Origin: Octopus bimaculoides
Lineage: Eukaryota
Assembly (NCBI RefSeq): GCF_001194135.2
Contig: NC_068982.1
Span: 108,666,840-108,701,547, forward strand
Reading direction: 5' to 3'
DNA: 34,708 bases
The first letter of the stretch is position 1, and each line of letters opens with the position of its first letter. Position numbers and translations under genes: made by a program. Under the pieces are notes generated by a model. The model made no database searches. It was not told where the DNA came from and saw only the letters and a list, made by a program, of their open reading frames with translations. This document shows, in pieces, positions 22,921 through 34,665 of this stretch.

Positions 22921-24121
22921 TGAGGGTAAGCTGAAAAGTTCATAGGCTGACTACAAAGGAGTGCATTGTTTTTTTTTTTTCAGGTAAACTGATATGTCAC
23001 TGTTCAAAGACTTCTAAAGTAACTAATTGTAACTTCTCTTGAAAACAGACACCATGGTGTTATCAAGTACCTGCAGAAAAAGGGATTAGCCCCCAACAGC
23101 ATTCATGTTGACATGGTTGCTACATTAGGGGATGACACTCTAACTTTATCAACAGTGCAAAAGTGAGCAGCTGAATTTAGGAGAAAGAAGGGGAAGTCTT
23201 GAAGATGATCCAACATCTGAATGTCCTGCAACTGCCACCACTGAGGAAAACATTGATCGAGTTCACCACATAGTGATGGATGACAGGCGACTGACACTAA
23301 ATCAAATAACCAATTCTATTAGCATATCCTGTGAGAGAGTTGAGAATATTGTGCATAATGAACTTGGCATGATGAAGATTTCTGCTTGGTGGGTGCCACC
23401 TGATCAAAAGCACATCAGGCTGATCACATCATGGGTAAATCTGACAGTGTTTGATGCAGATTCAGTTAGTTTCCTTGAATGTTTCCTAACACAGGATGGT
23501 TAGGAAACACTTTGAACCAGAGACAAGAGACAATCCATGCAGTGGAAACATCCCTCCTCAACTGCTCCAAAGAAGATCAAGGTCATTTCACTTGCAGGGA
23601 AGGTGATGGCCTCAGGTTTTTGGGGCGCAAAAGGAACTGTGCTTATTGACTATCTTAAAAATGGCCACACCATCAATGAAGAGCATTATGCCAACTTGCT
23701 GAAGTCGTTATGAAATGCTATCAAGACCAAACACCCAGAAAAACTAAGGAAAGGTGTCCTGTTTCATCAGAACAATGTTCCAGCACACAAGTACTTGGTT
23801 TCAATGACTGCTGTCCATGACTGTGGCTTTGAACTGGTTAATCATCCTCCCTATTCTCCTGATTTGGCCCCATCTAAGTATTGTCTGTTCCTTAACATGA
23901 AAGAACACTTGGCTGGAAACCAGTATTCCAGAGATGATGACTTCATATCTACTTTTTTGACAAGAAGGACAAAAGCTTCTTTACCAATGGGATCCAAGCT
24001 CTGCAACACCAGTGGAAGAATTGTGTGAGTTGCAAAGGGGACTATGTTGGAAAATAAACTTCATTTGGTCACATTCCATGAGAGTATCTTGGTTAGCCTA
24101 TGAACTTTTAGCCAACCCTTG
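22921..24121 (+). mobile_element. Near full-length mariner (DD34D family) transposon, transposase pseudogenised
   Basis: TIRs tgagggtaagctgaaaagttcataggctgac and ggttagcctatgaacttttagccaacccttg; left TA; HNELGMMKISAWWVP and HPPYSPDLAPSKY motifs; stops and altered catalytic Asp positions. Confidence 0.95.
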
Positions 24122-24540
24122 TGTGTGTGTGAGTGTGTGCACACGCGCATGCGTGTGTTTATATGTATGTATGCATGTATGTATGCATACATGTGAGCAC
24201 ATAGCTGCAAAACAAGATGGGAAAAATAGTGCTCAAATACAAAAGCTAGAGTAAAATAGTATTTTATTGAAGCTACGAAAATTCCACAAACTGTTACTCA
24301 GCATTTCATGTAAATGATCATCAGACAGTTGTGAGTTTTTAGATTAATGTAATGTTTTTTTTTTCCAATATTTTGAGAAGTAATTGCCCTACCCAATCAA
24401 TTTTAAATGTTTATTCAATGATGTGGTAATTATGAATACTTATGATTATTTATCTACTCTAACACTTTTCTAAATACTCCATCAGCCTGATGATTTTTAT
24501 GTGAAATTTTAAGTAACAGTTACCACTTCAATAAAATAAA

Positions 24541-24542
24541 AT

Positions 24543-24602
<60 letters not shown>
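24541..24602. repeat. (TA)n(TTA)n microsatellite
   Basis: Direct reading. Confidence 0.9.
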
Positions 24603-24603
<1 letters not shown>

Positions 24604-24645
24604 TAAATCTCTCAAAGAGAGACATTCAGTAACAGTTCTTTAAAG

Positions 24646-24976
24646 TAAAGGCTATTTGCCAACATAATGTGCTGTCCTGGAAGGGTCGATGTTACTGTTG
24701 TTTATCCCTAGGAAACACCATTTCTAGCTGGCTATAGAACACAATATCTGTGTCCTATCTAGCCAAGAAACTACTCTGTGTTGATAAAGAGCAATAACCC
24801 AGAAACTAGTTCACATGTTGTTTTGTGCTGGATGGCGGTACTGAACTCCCTGTTTGAAAATATAAAGACACAGATATTATGTCATACAGCCAGCTAGAAA
24901 TGATGCTTCCTGGGGCTAAACAACAGTAACATTATCCCTTCCAGGACAGCTATATTATGTTGGCAAATAGCCTTTA
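24646..24976. mobile_element. MITE with ~112-bp imperfect TIRs and TA ends
   Basis: TAAAGGCTATTTGCCAACATAAT... at 24646 and ...ATTATGTTGGCAAATAGCCTTTA ending 24976; ~100-bp spacer. Confidence 0.85.
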
Positions 24977-25002
24977 TATATATTTATATATATATATATA
25001 TG

Positions 25003-25492
25003 GGCAAGCGAAAGCGAAATCGGGATAGCACCTGTGCCCAGCGTCGCCTTTCTGGCACTTGTGCCCGTGACATATGTAAGGGTTTTTGAGCGAGATCGTT
25101 GCCAGTGCCCCTGGACTGGCTCTTGTGTGGGTGGCACATAAAATACACCATTTTGAGCATGGCCGTTGCCAGTACCACCTGACTGGCCTTCGTAGGATTT
25201 TCGAGCGAGATCATTGCCAGTGCCCCTGGACTGGCTCTTGTGCGGGTGGCACATAAAATACACCATTTTGAGCGTGGCCGTTGCCAGTACCGCCTGACTG
25301 GCCTTCGTGCGGGTGACACGTAAAAGCACCCACTACACTCTCAGAGTGGTTGGTGTTAGGAAGGGCATCCAGCTGTAGAAACTCTGCCAATTCAGATTGG
25401 AGCCTGGTGTAGCCATCTGGTTTCACCAGTCCTCAGTCAAATCGTCCAACCCATGCTAGCATGGAAAGCAGACGTTAAACGATGATGATGAT
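25003..25492 (+). mobile_element. Non-autonomous retroelement with a ~113-bp internal tandem duplication and (GAT)n tail
   Basis: ~25081-25195 matches ~25196-25308; 3' end gacgttaaacgatgatgatg is shared with RTE 3' ends in this window. Confidence 0.8.
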
Positions 25493-25529
25493 ACTCTCAT
25501 TGACAGTTGTTGCTTCTATAGACTGATGC

Positions 25530-26680
25530 TCATAAGTGTCATTTGTTTATAAGTACAAGGCTATCATAGAGAATGATGCAAATGGAATCTGTCAGTTATA
25601 CAGGAGTAAATCCTGGAATAGCACAGAAAGGACCAAGAAAAAAATAGATAAGACCAACTCATGGTATGACACCAAAAAATACCAGAGTGTCATGTTCATT
25701 GATGCTACTCCTGGTGGCGAACTAGCATATCGTTTTAGAAAAGCATTAGATAATGTAAATCTACAGATTAAAGTAGTAGAAAGGCCAGGAACCCCCATAA
25801 AATCTCTGATCTATCTCTATGTACAGAGATCAATTGTATAGTATGTAAAATGAACCCACAAGTTAACTGTAAGATTAGGAATGTAGTTTATAGTTGACTA
25901 TGCACTGAGGAATGGTGCAGAAACAAGACAACTACTTACACTGGAGAGACAGCATGTAACATAGGGGAGTGGATAGGCAACCACTGGCAGAAGCTCAAAG
26001 AGGAGAAAAACTCATCAGTGCTCTACCAACATGCTCAATTAGAACATAGAGACTAAGATATTAGCAATGCTTAGAACAGACATGACATTTAGATAGATTA
26101 CAGCGGCCACACACATACTAATAGATAGACCGAGCCTCAATAGAGAACACGAATGGAACAATAACCCCCACCACCACACCATGCAACACAATGACTAAAG
26201 GGAAAAAAAAAAGACACAGATACAAACAGTGTAATACAAAAACTCATGTATAGACATAAATACACATGCACATATGAAAATATAAGAAACAGAGATAAAT
26301 AAGGAAATAAATGAAAAAGAAAACTATATAAAGGGCACAGATACAAATAATATAGTAAGCAAACCCATAGACACACATGCATACACACACATACAAAACA
26401 CACAGATACAAACATACACACACATATCACACAGATACAGCTGCAAATGTATGAACAAATAAGAGACACACATCATACAGACACAGAATGGACTAATCAG
26501 AACAGGAAGAAACACATGAATGGAAGAGTTGCTGAAGAGGTCACAGATGTGTGACAAAAGATTTCCAGACAATGGATGTATGATAAAATAAGAACAATAA
26601 TAAATAAATGAAGAACAAATATATAGTGCGCGTGTTTATTTGGCAAAAAAAAAATTACCATCCCGAAATATAACAATACC
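25530..26680 (+). mobile_element. Penelope-like element, 3' part (Neptune-like; GIY-YIG endonuclease plus tail), decayed
   Basis: LYRSKSW..SVMFIDATPGGELA..IKVVERPG; NCKIRNVVYS*LCTEEWC..YTGETACNIGEWIGNH..SVLYQHAQLEH. Confidence 0.8.
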
Positions 26681-26861
26681 TGTTTCAACAGACAATTTCA
26701 CATCAGGAATCTTGCAAAACAAATTCATAAACATAAAACCATTTGTTTTGGCACATAATCATCTTTTTTTCATTATTTCTTTTTATTATTTTAAAACTTT
26801 TCTTTCACTTTTTCAACTTAATTTTGTTATAATACAAGTACAGAAATTATTAAATACATTT

Positions 26862-27005
26862 GGCACAAGCATTGCAGCATGGTTAATAAATCTGCTTCCC
26901 AACGACATGGTTCTGTGTTTAGTCTTCTGTGGGCAAGTGTCTTCTACTATAGCCCATAGCCTACCAAAGATTTGATAGAAAGAAACTGAGAGAAACTCAT
27001 TGTAT
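26862..27005 (+). mobile_element. tRNA-derived SINE 5' fragment
   Basis: gggcaagtgtcttctactatagc..accaaag as at 3990-4030. Confidence 0.7.
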
Positions 27006-27128
27006 ACACATATATATGTATGAATATACATATAATCAAGTGGAGAATAGAGAAACAAACACAAGAAGAAGCAGATCAATTGGGCTAGTTAGCCATTGAT
27101 TTAATTATGTGGAGATTGTATAATGATT

Positions 27129-27180
27129 CATTGTCGATCGTTTCGATGTGCCAATTTGATTGACAGATCTCTTCAGAATG
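27129..27180 (-). ncRNA. Minimal type-I hammerhead ribozyme motif (Penelope type) with a mutated cleavage triplet
   Basis: CATT-CTGAAGA-GATcTGTCAAT-caa-ATTGGCAcATC-GAAA-CGATCG-AC-AATG: core boxes, stem II, palindromic stem III, 4-bp stem I; GAC instead of GUC. Confidence 0.8.
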
Positions 27181-27502
27181 TTGAGAAGTATGTTAAAGTT
27201 CATGGTGTGAGAGATGCAGGAATAACAGTTAGGGGATATAGTAATGCATATAGTGGTATAAGAATAGAGTTAGGTAAAGTTAGTCTTACATTTTAGTCGA
27301 AGTTGTGTTAATAGTCTTTCTGCGAAGGAGAGGTAGGGTGGGTGCTGTTCAAGCTCGTAGTTCCAATTTTGGTCAAATGCATTCTGCACGTGTTTGTTTT
27401 TAAAGTTCGAGCGTATGTTTTTGTTTTTTAGCACCGGTGGTGTTTGTAAAGGGGAGTAACTCCCCTAAGTTTTGGTGAAGAGGGAGCTAACTCTGACCTT
27501 AT

Positions 27503-27610
27503 TAATATTTAATTATACTTAGAAAAGGAAAATTCTTTTTTACATATTTAATTATACTTAGAAAGTGAAATTTTTTTTACATATTTAATTATACTTAGAA
27601 AATGAAAATT
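27503..27610. repeat. About 3 copies of a ~38-bp AT-rich tandem repeat
   Basis: atatttaattatacttagaaa occurs three times. Confidence 0.85.
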
Positions 27611-29009
27611 TTGTAGTGTGTAGACAAATTCGGTTATTTTCGTATCTCTTGTTTAAAAGGTGTGTTGTAGCCGTTAGGATTTTGAGGCGTTCAGTTAGGC
27701 AGAGGTCACAACCTCTGTTAGTTGGGTTATAAGAATTTGCTGTTTTTAGTATATGCCATTTTAGTTTGTATGCTAAATTATTGTCCTTTCATTCCCAGAT
27801 ATAGCTACTAAGTCTTGGTGAATTTGCCTTTTCTCTATTTTTAAAGCTAGATCGGTGTTCATTGTATCTGAGGCATATTTGGTTTTTCGTGGCGCGCATG
27901 TAAGATCTAATATTGCCGTTTGTGTGTACATCACATTGGTAAACTACATTTTCGGTCTTACATCTATTGGAGAAATTGCATTTATTCCTATCTCTACAGC
28001 TACATAAATTATAAGGGGTGTCTATGTCTGTGTTGTGTGGCCCTATTGTTTTTTTGGTGTGTGTCTCTACTAACAAGGGGTGTTGGATTAGAGTTGGGGT
28101 TTGTTCTATTAGTCGGACGGTTGTTAGTTTGGTTGTTCGTGGTCTTTCTAGCTGCATAGAATGCGTCTAATTTTTTCTTATCAATAGATGCTATGATGGT
28201 AGCTAAGTTACATGTCAGGCTGTGGCTGATTCTGATTTTGTTCTTAAATATTGCTGCATGTTTATTATTTACATTTAGATGTTTATCTGTTATGTTCATT
28301 AATGAAGGGACTATGTTAGATTTGAGGTTCATGGTGTAGGGGATAATTAGCCAGATTGTATCCTGATTGTTCTTATTGTTATTACGGCTATGTCTGGTAT
28401 AGAACCTGCCATCATAGCTGGGAAGGCTAGTGAATTTGTCTTTATGGCTATCTAATTTATTTCTATAGTTAGGTATATTTTTAATATGTGTCTTATCAGT
28501 GTTAGCTGTGTTAGTATTGTTTGGTTTTTGTGGGCCCGGCGTAGGGTTATATATATATATAGGGTTGCATATAATATACATATATGCATATGCATATAAG
28601 CCAAATAAGAAGACAAAGAAAGTCTTTAACACATCTTTAATGATCAACTACAATTGTTTTTATATCAACTCTGCTTTCAATGTCAGTTCACACAAAAGTT
28701 CCGAATGAAAATTTGCATAATATTTGCAGTTTTAAACATTACAGTGACACTTCTTCAGACCTGCATCGAAGTTGTACTTTTACATTGTGTGCCTGCCAGA
28801 CTTTGTGTTTTGGTTATATCAAGAGGGAACAAAAAGTAAATAAAGATGAAAATGTAAATAGAAGATGAAACCTTCTCCTCCTCTTCCTTCATCTTCTGCT
28901 TCTTCTTTCCCTCTCTCATCTCCTTCTTCTTCTATTGCTTCTTCATCCCCTAACCATACTTTTACCGACTTTAATATCAACACTTTACTTGCCTAGTCCT
29001 TCTTTTCAC

Positions 29010-29064
29010 AGCCACAACACAATGGTGAGTTCAACTCAGTTGAACTCACCATTGTGTTATGGCT
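29010..29064. repeat. 55-bp near-perfect palindrome
   Basis: 27-bp arms with one mismatch and a 1-nt spacer (C29037). Confidence 0.95.
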
Positions 29065-29089
29065 AACTTAGAAATTTATGCAACAATTT

Positions 29090-29712
29090 AATCTTTAATC
29101 CTTATTTCTTGTTCTGAATGATCTAAGGATCCATCCAGCTAGTTGCCTGCACAGTGTTGCTATCGCGGTAATATGCACATAGAATGTTGCATCATTACTC
29201 ATATGGATTCTAAGATCATGCATTGATTCTAACGCTGGGATAGCACTACACCCTGGTCTTATGCATTCCAATTGTAGTCTGTTTGTGGGCCAATAGTGGT
29301 ATGCTTCAAACTTAGTTATCTTCATCAGCTCATTTATATATTACATGCAGATCATTTTGAAGTTTTAGGATACTATCAGGATCCCTGACCACCTGTGATA
29401 CTTTTGTATAATCAGCATAGCTGGTGAGACTGGTTGACTGTACGACTGAGGCATATCACTATAAACAGTAGTGGTCCTAGTACAGTTCCCTAGTACAGTT
29501 CCCTAGTACAGCTCCCTAGAGAGAGCACATTGGCTGCAACTGTCTGACTGTTGTCTTTTAAAAAGCCACTCTCTCAGTTCACCAGTGATAACAAGGTCAC
29601 ATAGTTTGTAACATATCATCTCATGATCATCTTTGTCAAAGGCCTTGGCAAAGTTGAGATATATCACATCCAAATTTGAGTGGTTGATCTGCTGCTTCAG
29701 TACCCAATCATA
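29090..29712 (-). mobile_element. CR1/L2-type LINE RT fragments
   Basis: NLDVIYLNFAKAFDK (~29630-29680); ESMHDLRIHMSNDATFYVHITAIATLCRQLAGWILRSFRTR. Confidence 0.7.
29476..29519. repeat. 13-bp tandem repeat, about 3.4 copies
   Basis: cctagtacagttc x3. Confidence 0.9.
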
Positions 29713-29721
29713 TGTATGTAT

Positions 29722-29840
29722 CTTTTATCTTTTACTGGTTTCACTCATTTGACTGCGGCCATGCTGGAGCACCACTCTGAAGGGTTTTAGTTGAACAAAT
29801 CAACCCCAGGACTTTTCTTTCTTTAGCTTAGTACTCTTTA
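29722..29840 (-). mobile_element. SINE 3' fragment
   Basis: Reverse complement of the SINE tail (tttcactcatttgactgcggccatgctggagcac). Confidence 0.75.
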
Positions 29841-29854
29841 GCAGGTCATAACAG

Positions 29855-30835
29855 CAGAATTCAAAACTGGATGCCCATGGGATCTGCTATATGCTGATAA
29901 CTTGCTCTTATTGCAGAATCTTTAGCAGAAATGGAGAAGAAATTCCAGGTATGGAAGCAAAACCAAGAATCAAAGGGCCTCAAAGTTAAACTAGCAAAGA
30001 CCAAATTTGTTAGTAAGAAAGAAGGTACAATTTTCTCTCCGTCAAATAAATGGTTATGCTCAATATGTAGGAAAGGAGTTGGAAGAAACTCCATTCACTG
30101 CATCCAGTGTAAACTATGGACACATAAGAGGTGCAGTGGAATCACAGGTAGATTAACAGATAAAGTCGCCTTTGTACATGGTAGATGTGCAGGAACAATA
30201 AACACTAAGAGCACACGGGACTAGATTCTCTCAAATGCCTTGGAGGCTCTCTTGAGGCTGTAGATAGTTTCTGTTGCCTAGGTAACGAAATTAGCAATGA
30301 TGGAAAATGCTCTCACAGTATTGTTTCTAGAATAAGAATAGGGTGGAGGAAGTTCAGAGAGCTACTACCTCTGTTGGCAACAAAAGGACCCTCTCTCAGA
30401 GTGAAAGGTAGATTTTATGATGTTTGTGTGCAAATGGCTATACTCCATGGCAGTGAGGCATGGGCACTGAATGCAGAAGGATGCATAGACTGGAGAGAAA
30501 TGAAGGCAGTATGCTCCATTGGATGTGCAGCATCAGTGTGTGACAAAGTGCAAATGTATTGAGAGAAAAATTGGGCATAAGAGGAATCAAATGTAGCATG
30601 CAAGAGAGAAGACTACGTTGGTTTGGACATGTGATCTGTATGGATGAGGACAGCTGCATAAAAACATGCTGCTCGCTGAAAGTGGATGGTACCTGCAGAA
30701 GAGGGAGACCCAGGAAGACATGGGATGAAATGATAAGGACCGACCTCAGGATGTTGGGCCTCATGGAGGAAATGACAATGGATCGAGATGTCTGACGATA
30801 TGAGGTTCTTGAGAAGACCCACCCACATCAGCGAA
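29855..30835 (+). mobile_element. RTE-clade LINE 3' part, decayed
   Basis: LLYADN, WLCSICRKGVGRNSIHCIQCKLWTHKRC, LHGSEAW, RRLRWFGHV, RGRPRKTWDE. Confidence 0.9.
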
Positions 30836-30859
30836 ACTGAGTTCTAGAAGCATTGTGTG

Positions 30860-31640
30860 TTCCACCCACGCAAAACAAGAAAACTTCTCACACACCCTAC
30901 CACAACAAACCAAACTACATCTCTTCTCTTCCTCACATTTCCACTTCATGCACTATGCTTACCTCCCATTCCCCAATCCTGTCTTCTTGGCCCTGCCACA
31001 CTGCTATCTGCTAGTGCCCAAACTGTGTTCCACCACATGGAACAAGGAAACTTTTCATACACCATACCCCAACAAAACAATCTACAACCTACATCTCTTC
31101 TCTTCCTCACATTTCCTCCTTCATACACTATGCCTAACTCTTACTCCCCAAACCTGTCCTCATGGCCCTGCTTCTCTGTATCATTGCTATCTGGTAGCCC
31201 CCTTGCCACTTTATATACCCAGGTTTTCCCCACTCATTTCCCCACCCCACTCTCTAATCACGTTTCTTTGGTAACATCCTGCCATTTACATTATGACCTT
31301 CGAACCTCAAGGGTATGCCCTGTCACTTACCACCATATATATCTCTCTCTGCCTTTACTTGTGAGCATGCCCAGCACTTTGCCATCATCTTTGTCCTAAT
31401 GTCTCTCACTCTCTCTCTCCCTCTCCTGCACTTCACTCAGGTTGGATAAACATGTATCTCCTTTGCGGCAGCACACCTGTTTCTGTCCTCATTCCTGATC
31501 TCTCTCTCTCTCTTTCTCCGGCTGGGTAACCATGTACCTCCTTTACAGCAAGACATCTGTTTCGGTCTCTGCCTCACTATTGCTATTTAGCCCTAAGAAA
31601 CACTGTTTCCTGTTGGCCTTGACACATTTCCTGTGTTCTT
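30860..31640. repeat. Pyrimidine-rich repeat-derived segment with a ~180-bp imperfect tandem duplication
   Basis: ctacatctcttctcttcctcacatttcc at ~30917 and ~31089. Confidence 0.5.
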
Positions 31641-31850
31641 AGTAAAGCCAGCATCCAGAGACTAGTTTCAGAGTTATTGCTCATCATCAGTCTGGAGTAG
31701 CATGACTTGCTAGCTGTCGATGCCTATCTGCCTTTGTAAACATATATATATATACACACATATACACAAACATATATACACATATATACAAACACACACA
31801 TATATACACACACACATATACACATACACACGCGCCCACACACAGCACAT

Positions 31851-32217
31851 AAGATGCACCATTTTGAGCGTGGCCGTTGCCAGTACCGCCTGACTGGCCT
31901 TCGTAGGATTTTCGAGCGAGATCGTTGCCAGTGCCCCTGGACTGGCTCTTGAGCGGGTGGCACATAAAAGACACCATTTTGAGCGTGGCCGTTGCCAGTA
32001 CCGCCTGACTGGCCTTCGTGCGGGTGACACGTAAAAGCACCCACTACACTCTCTGAGTGGTTGGCGTTAGGAAGGGCATCCAGCTGTAGAAACCTGCCAA
32101 ATTAGATTGGAGCCTGGTGTTGCCATCCGGTTTCACCAGTCCTCAGTCAAATCGTCCAACCCATGCTAGCATGGAAAGCGGACGTTAAACGATGATGATG
32201 ATGATGATGATGATGAT
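31851..32217 (+). mobile_element. Non-autonomous retroelement, young copy of the 25003-25492 family
   Basis: Near identical to ~25140-25492; (GAT)n tail. Confidence 0.85.
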
Positions 32218-32229
32218 ATATATATACAG

Positions 32230-33060
32230 TTATGAGGGAAAAACTTGGATCTTGTGAATTTTCTGAAGTCCTCTCCCCACCCTTTGAAAATAATTTTCCC
32301 AACAAATTTCTTTATAATCGTAATGTATGCCATTTGAAAGGTATCTATTTAAAATTTCATTGAAAAACCCATTTTCCTAAAAGTTAAGTAGGAAAAACTC
32401 GGATTTTGTGAATTTTCCGAGTTCCTCTCCCCACCCTCCCGTTGCTTCCCCCCTTTTCTTTTGTTTCATATTCGTTTTACACCCATTCTAGTATCCTTTC
32501 TGGATTTTCATTTCCGGGTCAAGATTTGAACATTAACCGAAACGTTTACTTGGGAATTTACTTAAAGTGAAAAAGAAATCGTATGCAACAGATAAGTCGT
32601 CATGATAACATATTACTGCGTACCAGACTTTAGCTGTTATTTTTAGCAGAACGAGTTTTCTGGTGAGGGCTTCATTGCCTGTTGCGTCAGTAGAAATCTA
32701 CGGATGCACAAACGGAGAAAAAGAAACAAATATGGACGACTTGTTCCGAAACACCCCTTGAGTGGGGAACAGTTCTCAAAAATAACTCCCAATTGTTTTC
32801 CCCCAAAGTTCGTATGTCCTCGAAATCTACATAGTCCGAAGTATATTTGTAGAGAATTTCATAAAAAAATATCCATTTTCCTGAAAGTTAAGACGAATCG
32901 AAGTGGACTCCGGTTAATTTTCCGAAATTCCCCCGCCACACCCCTCCTACCCCCCCCCAAGTTTTATATATTCGGAATCTACATGATATAATACATATTC
33001 GTAGAAAATTTCATTAAAAAAATGTCCATTTTTCTGAAAGTTATGATCATCCAAAGTCGG
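32230..33060. repeat. Unclassified repeat with internal direct duplications
   Basis: gaaaaact.ggat..tgtgaatttt..ctctccccaccc at ~32239 and ~32392; gaatctaca..aatttcat.aaaaaa..tccatttt.ctgaaagtta at ~32822 and ~32974. Confidence 0.55.
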
Positions 33061-33130
33061 TGGGGCAGAAATCTGTAGTCATGCCAGCATTTCTACCAAC
33101 CTTTGAATAGAAGTAACAAGAATTATTAAC

Positions 33131-33217
33131 CGGCGGAGGTAAAGAATACGCACACCACCCGGTTTCGACGTAACTTTAACCCTAAATACAAGGTGTGCGT
33201 ATTCTTTAACTTCGCCG
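33131..33217. repeat. Inverted repeat: 26-bp arms, 2 mismatches, 35-bp spacer
   Basis: cggcggaggtaaagaatacgcacacc and ggtgtgcgtattctttaacttcgccg. Confidence 0.9.
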
Positions 33218-34341
33218 TATTGGCGAATTCGCCTTATTCAGGTTTTTCTTTTAACTTCTATTCTACATTTTGATGAACATTTAAATATTTATTATGTTTT
33301 AGCAATTGAAATGTCTTACCAGTCTACTTTATAAAATTTCTGCAGTTGTAATAGATGTTTTCTTGTGGTCTATTAAAATTTGTCTGTGAAGTCATTTAAT
33401 AGACCTTACTGCAATTCATACTTCCACATATATATCATACTGCTTTAAAGTGGTGAAACCCGCCGTGATTAAAAATAACGAGGCTCTGGAAATTTTTGCA
33501 GAAATATCCAACCAACTTTAAAACTTTCTGAAGACGAGGAAGAAAAAAATTTGTCCATCTCCCAATACAACACCATCTTCTATCTCAATATTTTGCTACC
33601 ACTTCAGTGACGCATATGAAGGTCTTAAATATTTTTTTTAACAGTTGCTGTTAAAAAAAACTAGTAATGTTTGTCAAATTCTAGTTTACATGCTATAATA
33701 TCATTATCTGGCATATTATAAGAAAAATTTTCCAGTTAGAAAACTCTTTTTCAAAATTGTATTTGCCGTTTTTAAGGTTACAAGCCATCGACAGCGAGAA
33801 CACATCTGCGCATATTTTTACCTCTTACTACTACTCCAGCGTTTTTTTTGAGAACGTCATTTACACCCGTTTACATCGTGTGCTAAAAATAGCAGTTAAA
33901 TCAGCCACTCGTAATTTTCTTGATAACCTAAACATCATGGAAAGTTTTCCAGTTTCATCAATTGCTGCTGAAAGTCATATCTTATAAGTTCAAGTTTCCA
34001 TATCTTTTGTTTCTTCAATTAATGGTGATTTTGAAAGAGGTGCACAGCGAGAAACAAATTACGAATAACGTAATTTCGGATGTCAAGCAATCAGGTGGTG
34101 GTAAAACGCGTGCACAACACCCATTTCCGCTTTATTTTTTTTTTCAAAATTTCTTCGGATTTCTGTTTTCGATATAGGAAAATAGGATTTTGCCCAGAAA
34201 TAACATTTTCAAAATTTTAATTTCCCCCCCTCCCCACCTCAATTTCTTAATTTTTAACTTTCCGAATTTTTTTAAAATCCACATAGAAAATTACAGAGAT
34301 TACGAATCTGAGAATTTTTTTTCTTTTTAAATTTTAATTTT

Positions 34342-34665
34342 TCTTGAAGAAACACTCCATGCCCTTTCCTCCACCTTGCCCACCCATCACCTCACTCTCA
34401 AAACGCTAAACACGCCGAATGTTTCACTTTATCTGGTGTTTTACGCATGTGTAGAATTCTACTGAAATAGCAGACGTCAAAAATATTAGACCACCATCAG
34501 AAAACCCGACATGCTAGAAACAACAGCTAAACGACATTATTTCTGAAAAAATTTCCCTGCTTTCAAAAAAGTTAAAAGTGAAACATTCGGAGTTTTTAGC
34601 TTTTTGAAAGTGGGGAGGTGATGGGTGAAGGTTGGGGAAGTGGATTAGTCTTTCTTGAAGAAGAA
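34342..34665. mobile_element. MITE-like fold-back with ~90-bp diverged arms
   Basis: cacccatcacctc..ccgaatgtttcacttt (~34381-34430) versus aaagtgaaacattcgg..gaggtgatgggtg (~34576-34627). Confidence 0.65.

Larger units (their letters stand above)
27060..28545 (-). mobile_element. Penelope-like element, 3' part (Poseidon/Penelope-like; GIY-YIG plus 3' terminal repeat region), decayed
   Basis: IWLIIPYTMNLKSNI..IFKNKIRISHS; CSCRDRNKCNFSNRCKTENVVYQC..YMRATK..RYNEHRSSF..LSSYIWE; KWHILKTANSYNPTNRGCDLCLTE. Confidence 0.85.

Noticed and set aside
24955-25426. Repetitive 71-124 aa ORFs, repeated at 31687-32044
   Set aside because: Antisense readings of the non-autonomous retroelement's internal repeats and microsatellites
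27503-27610. Regularly spaced ~21-bp identical repeats resembling a CRISPR array
   Set aside because: The intervening sequences are near-identical A/T tracts, not unique spacers; eukaryotic context with no cas genes
28700-28830. Cys-containing minus-strand stretch (AGTQCK..YNFDAGLKKCHC) resembling a decayed extracellular module
   Set aside because: Needs a frameshift and read-through of stops; no good splice sites
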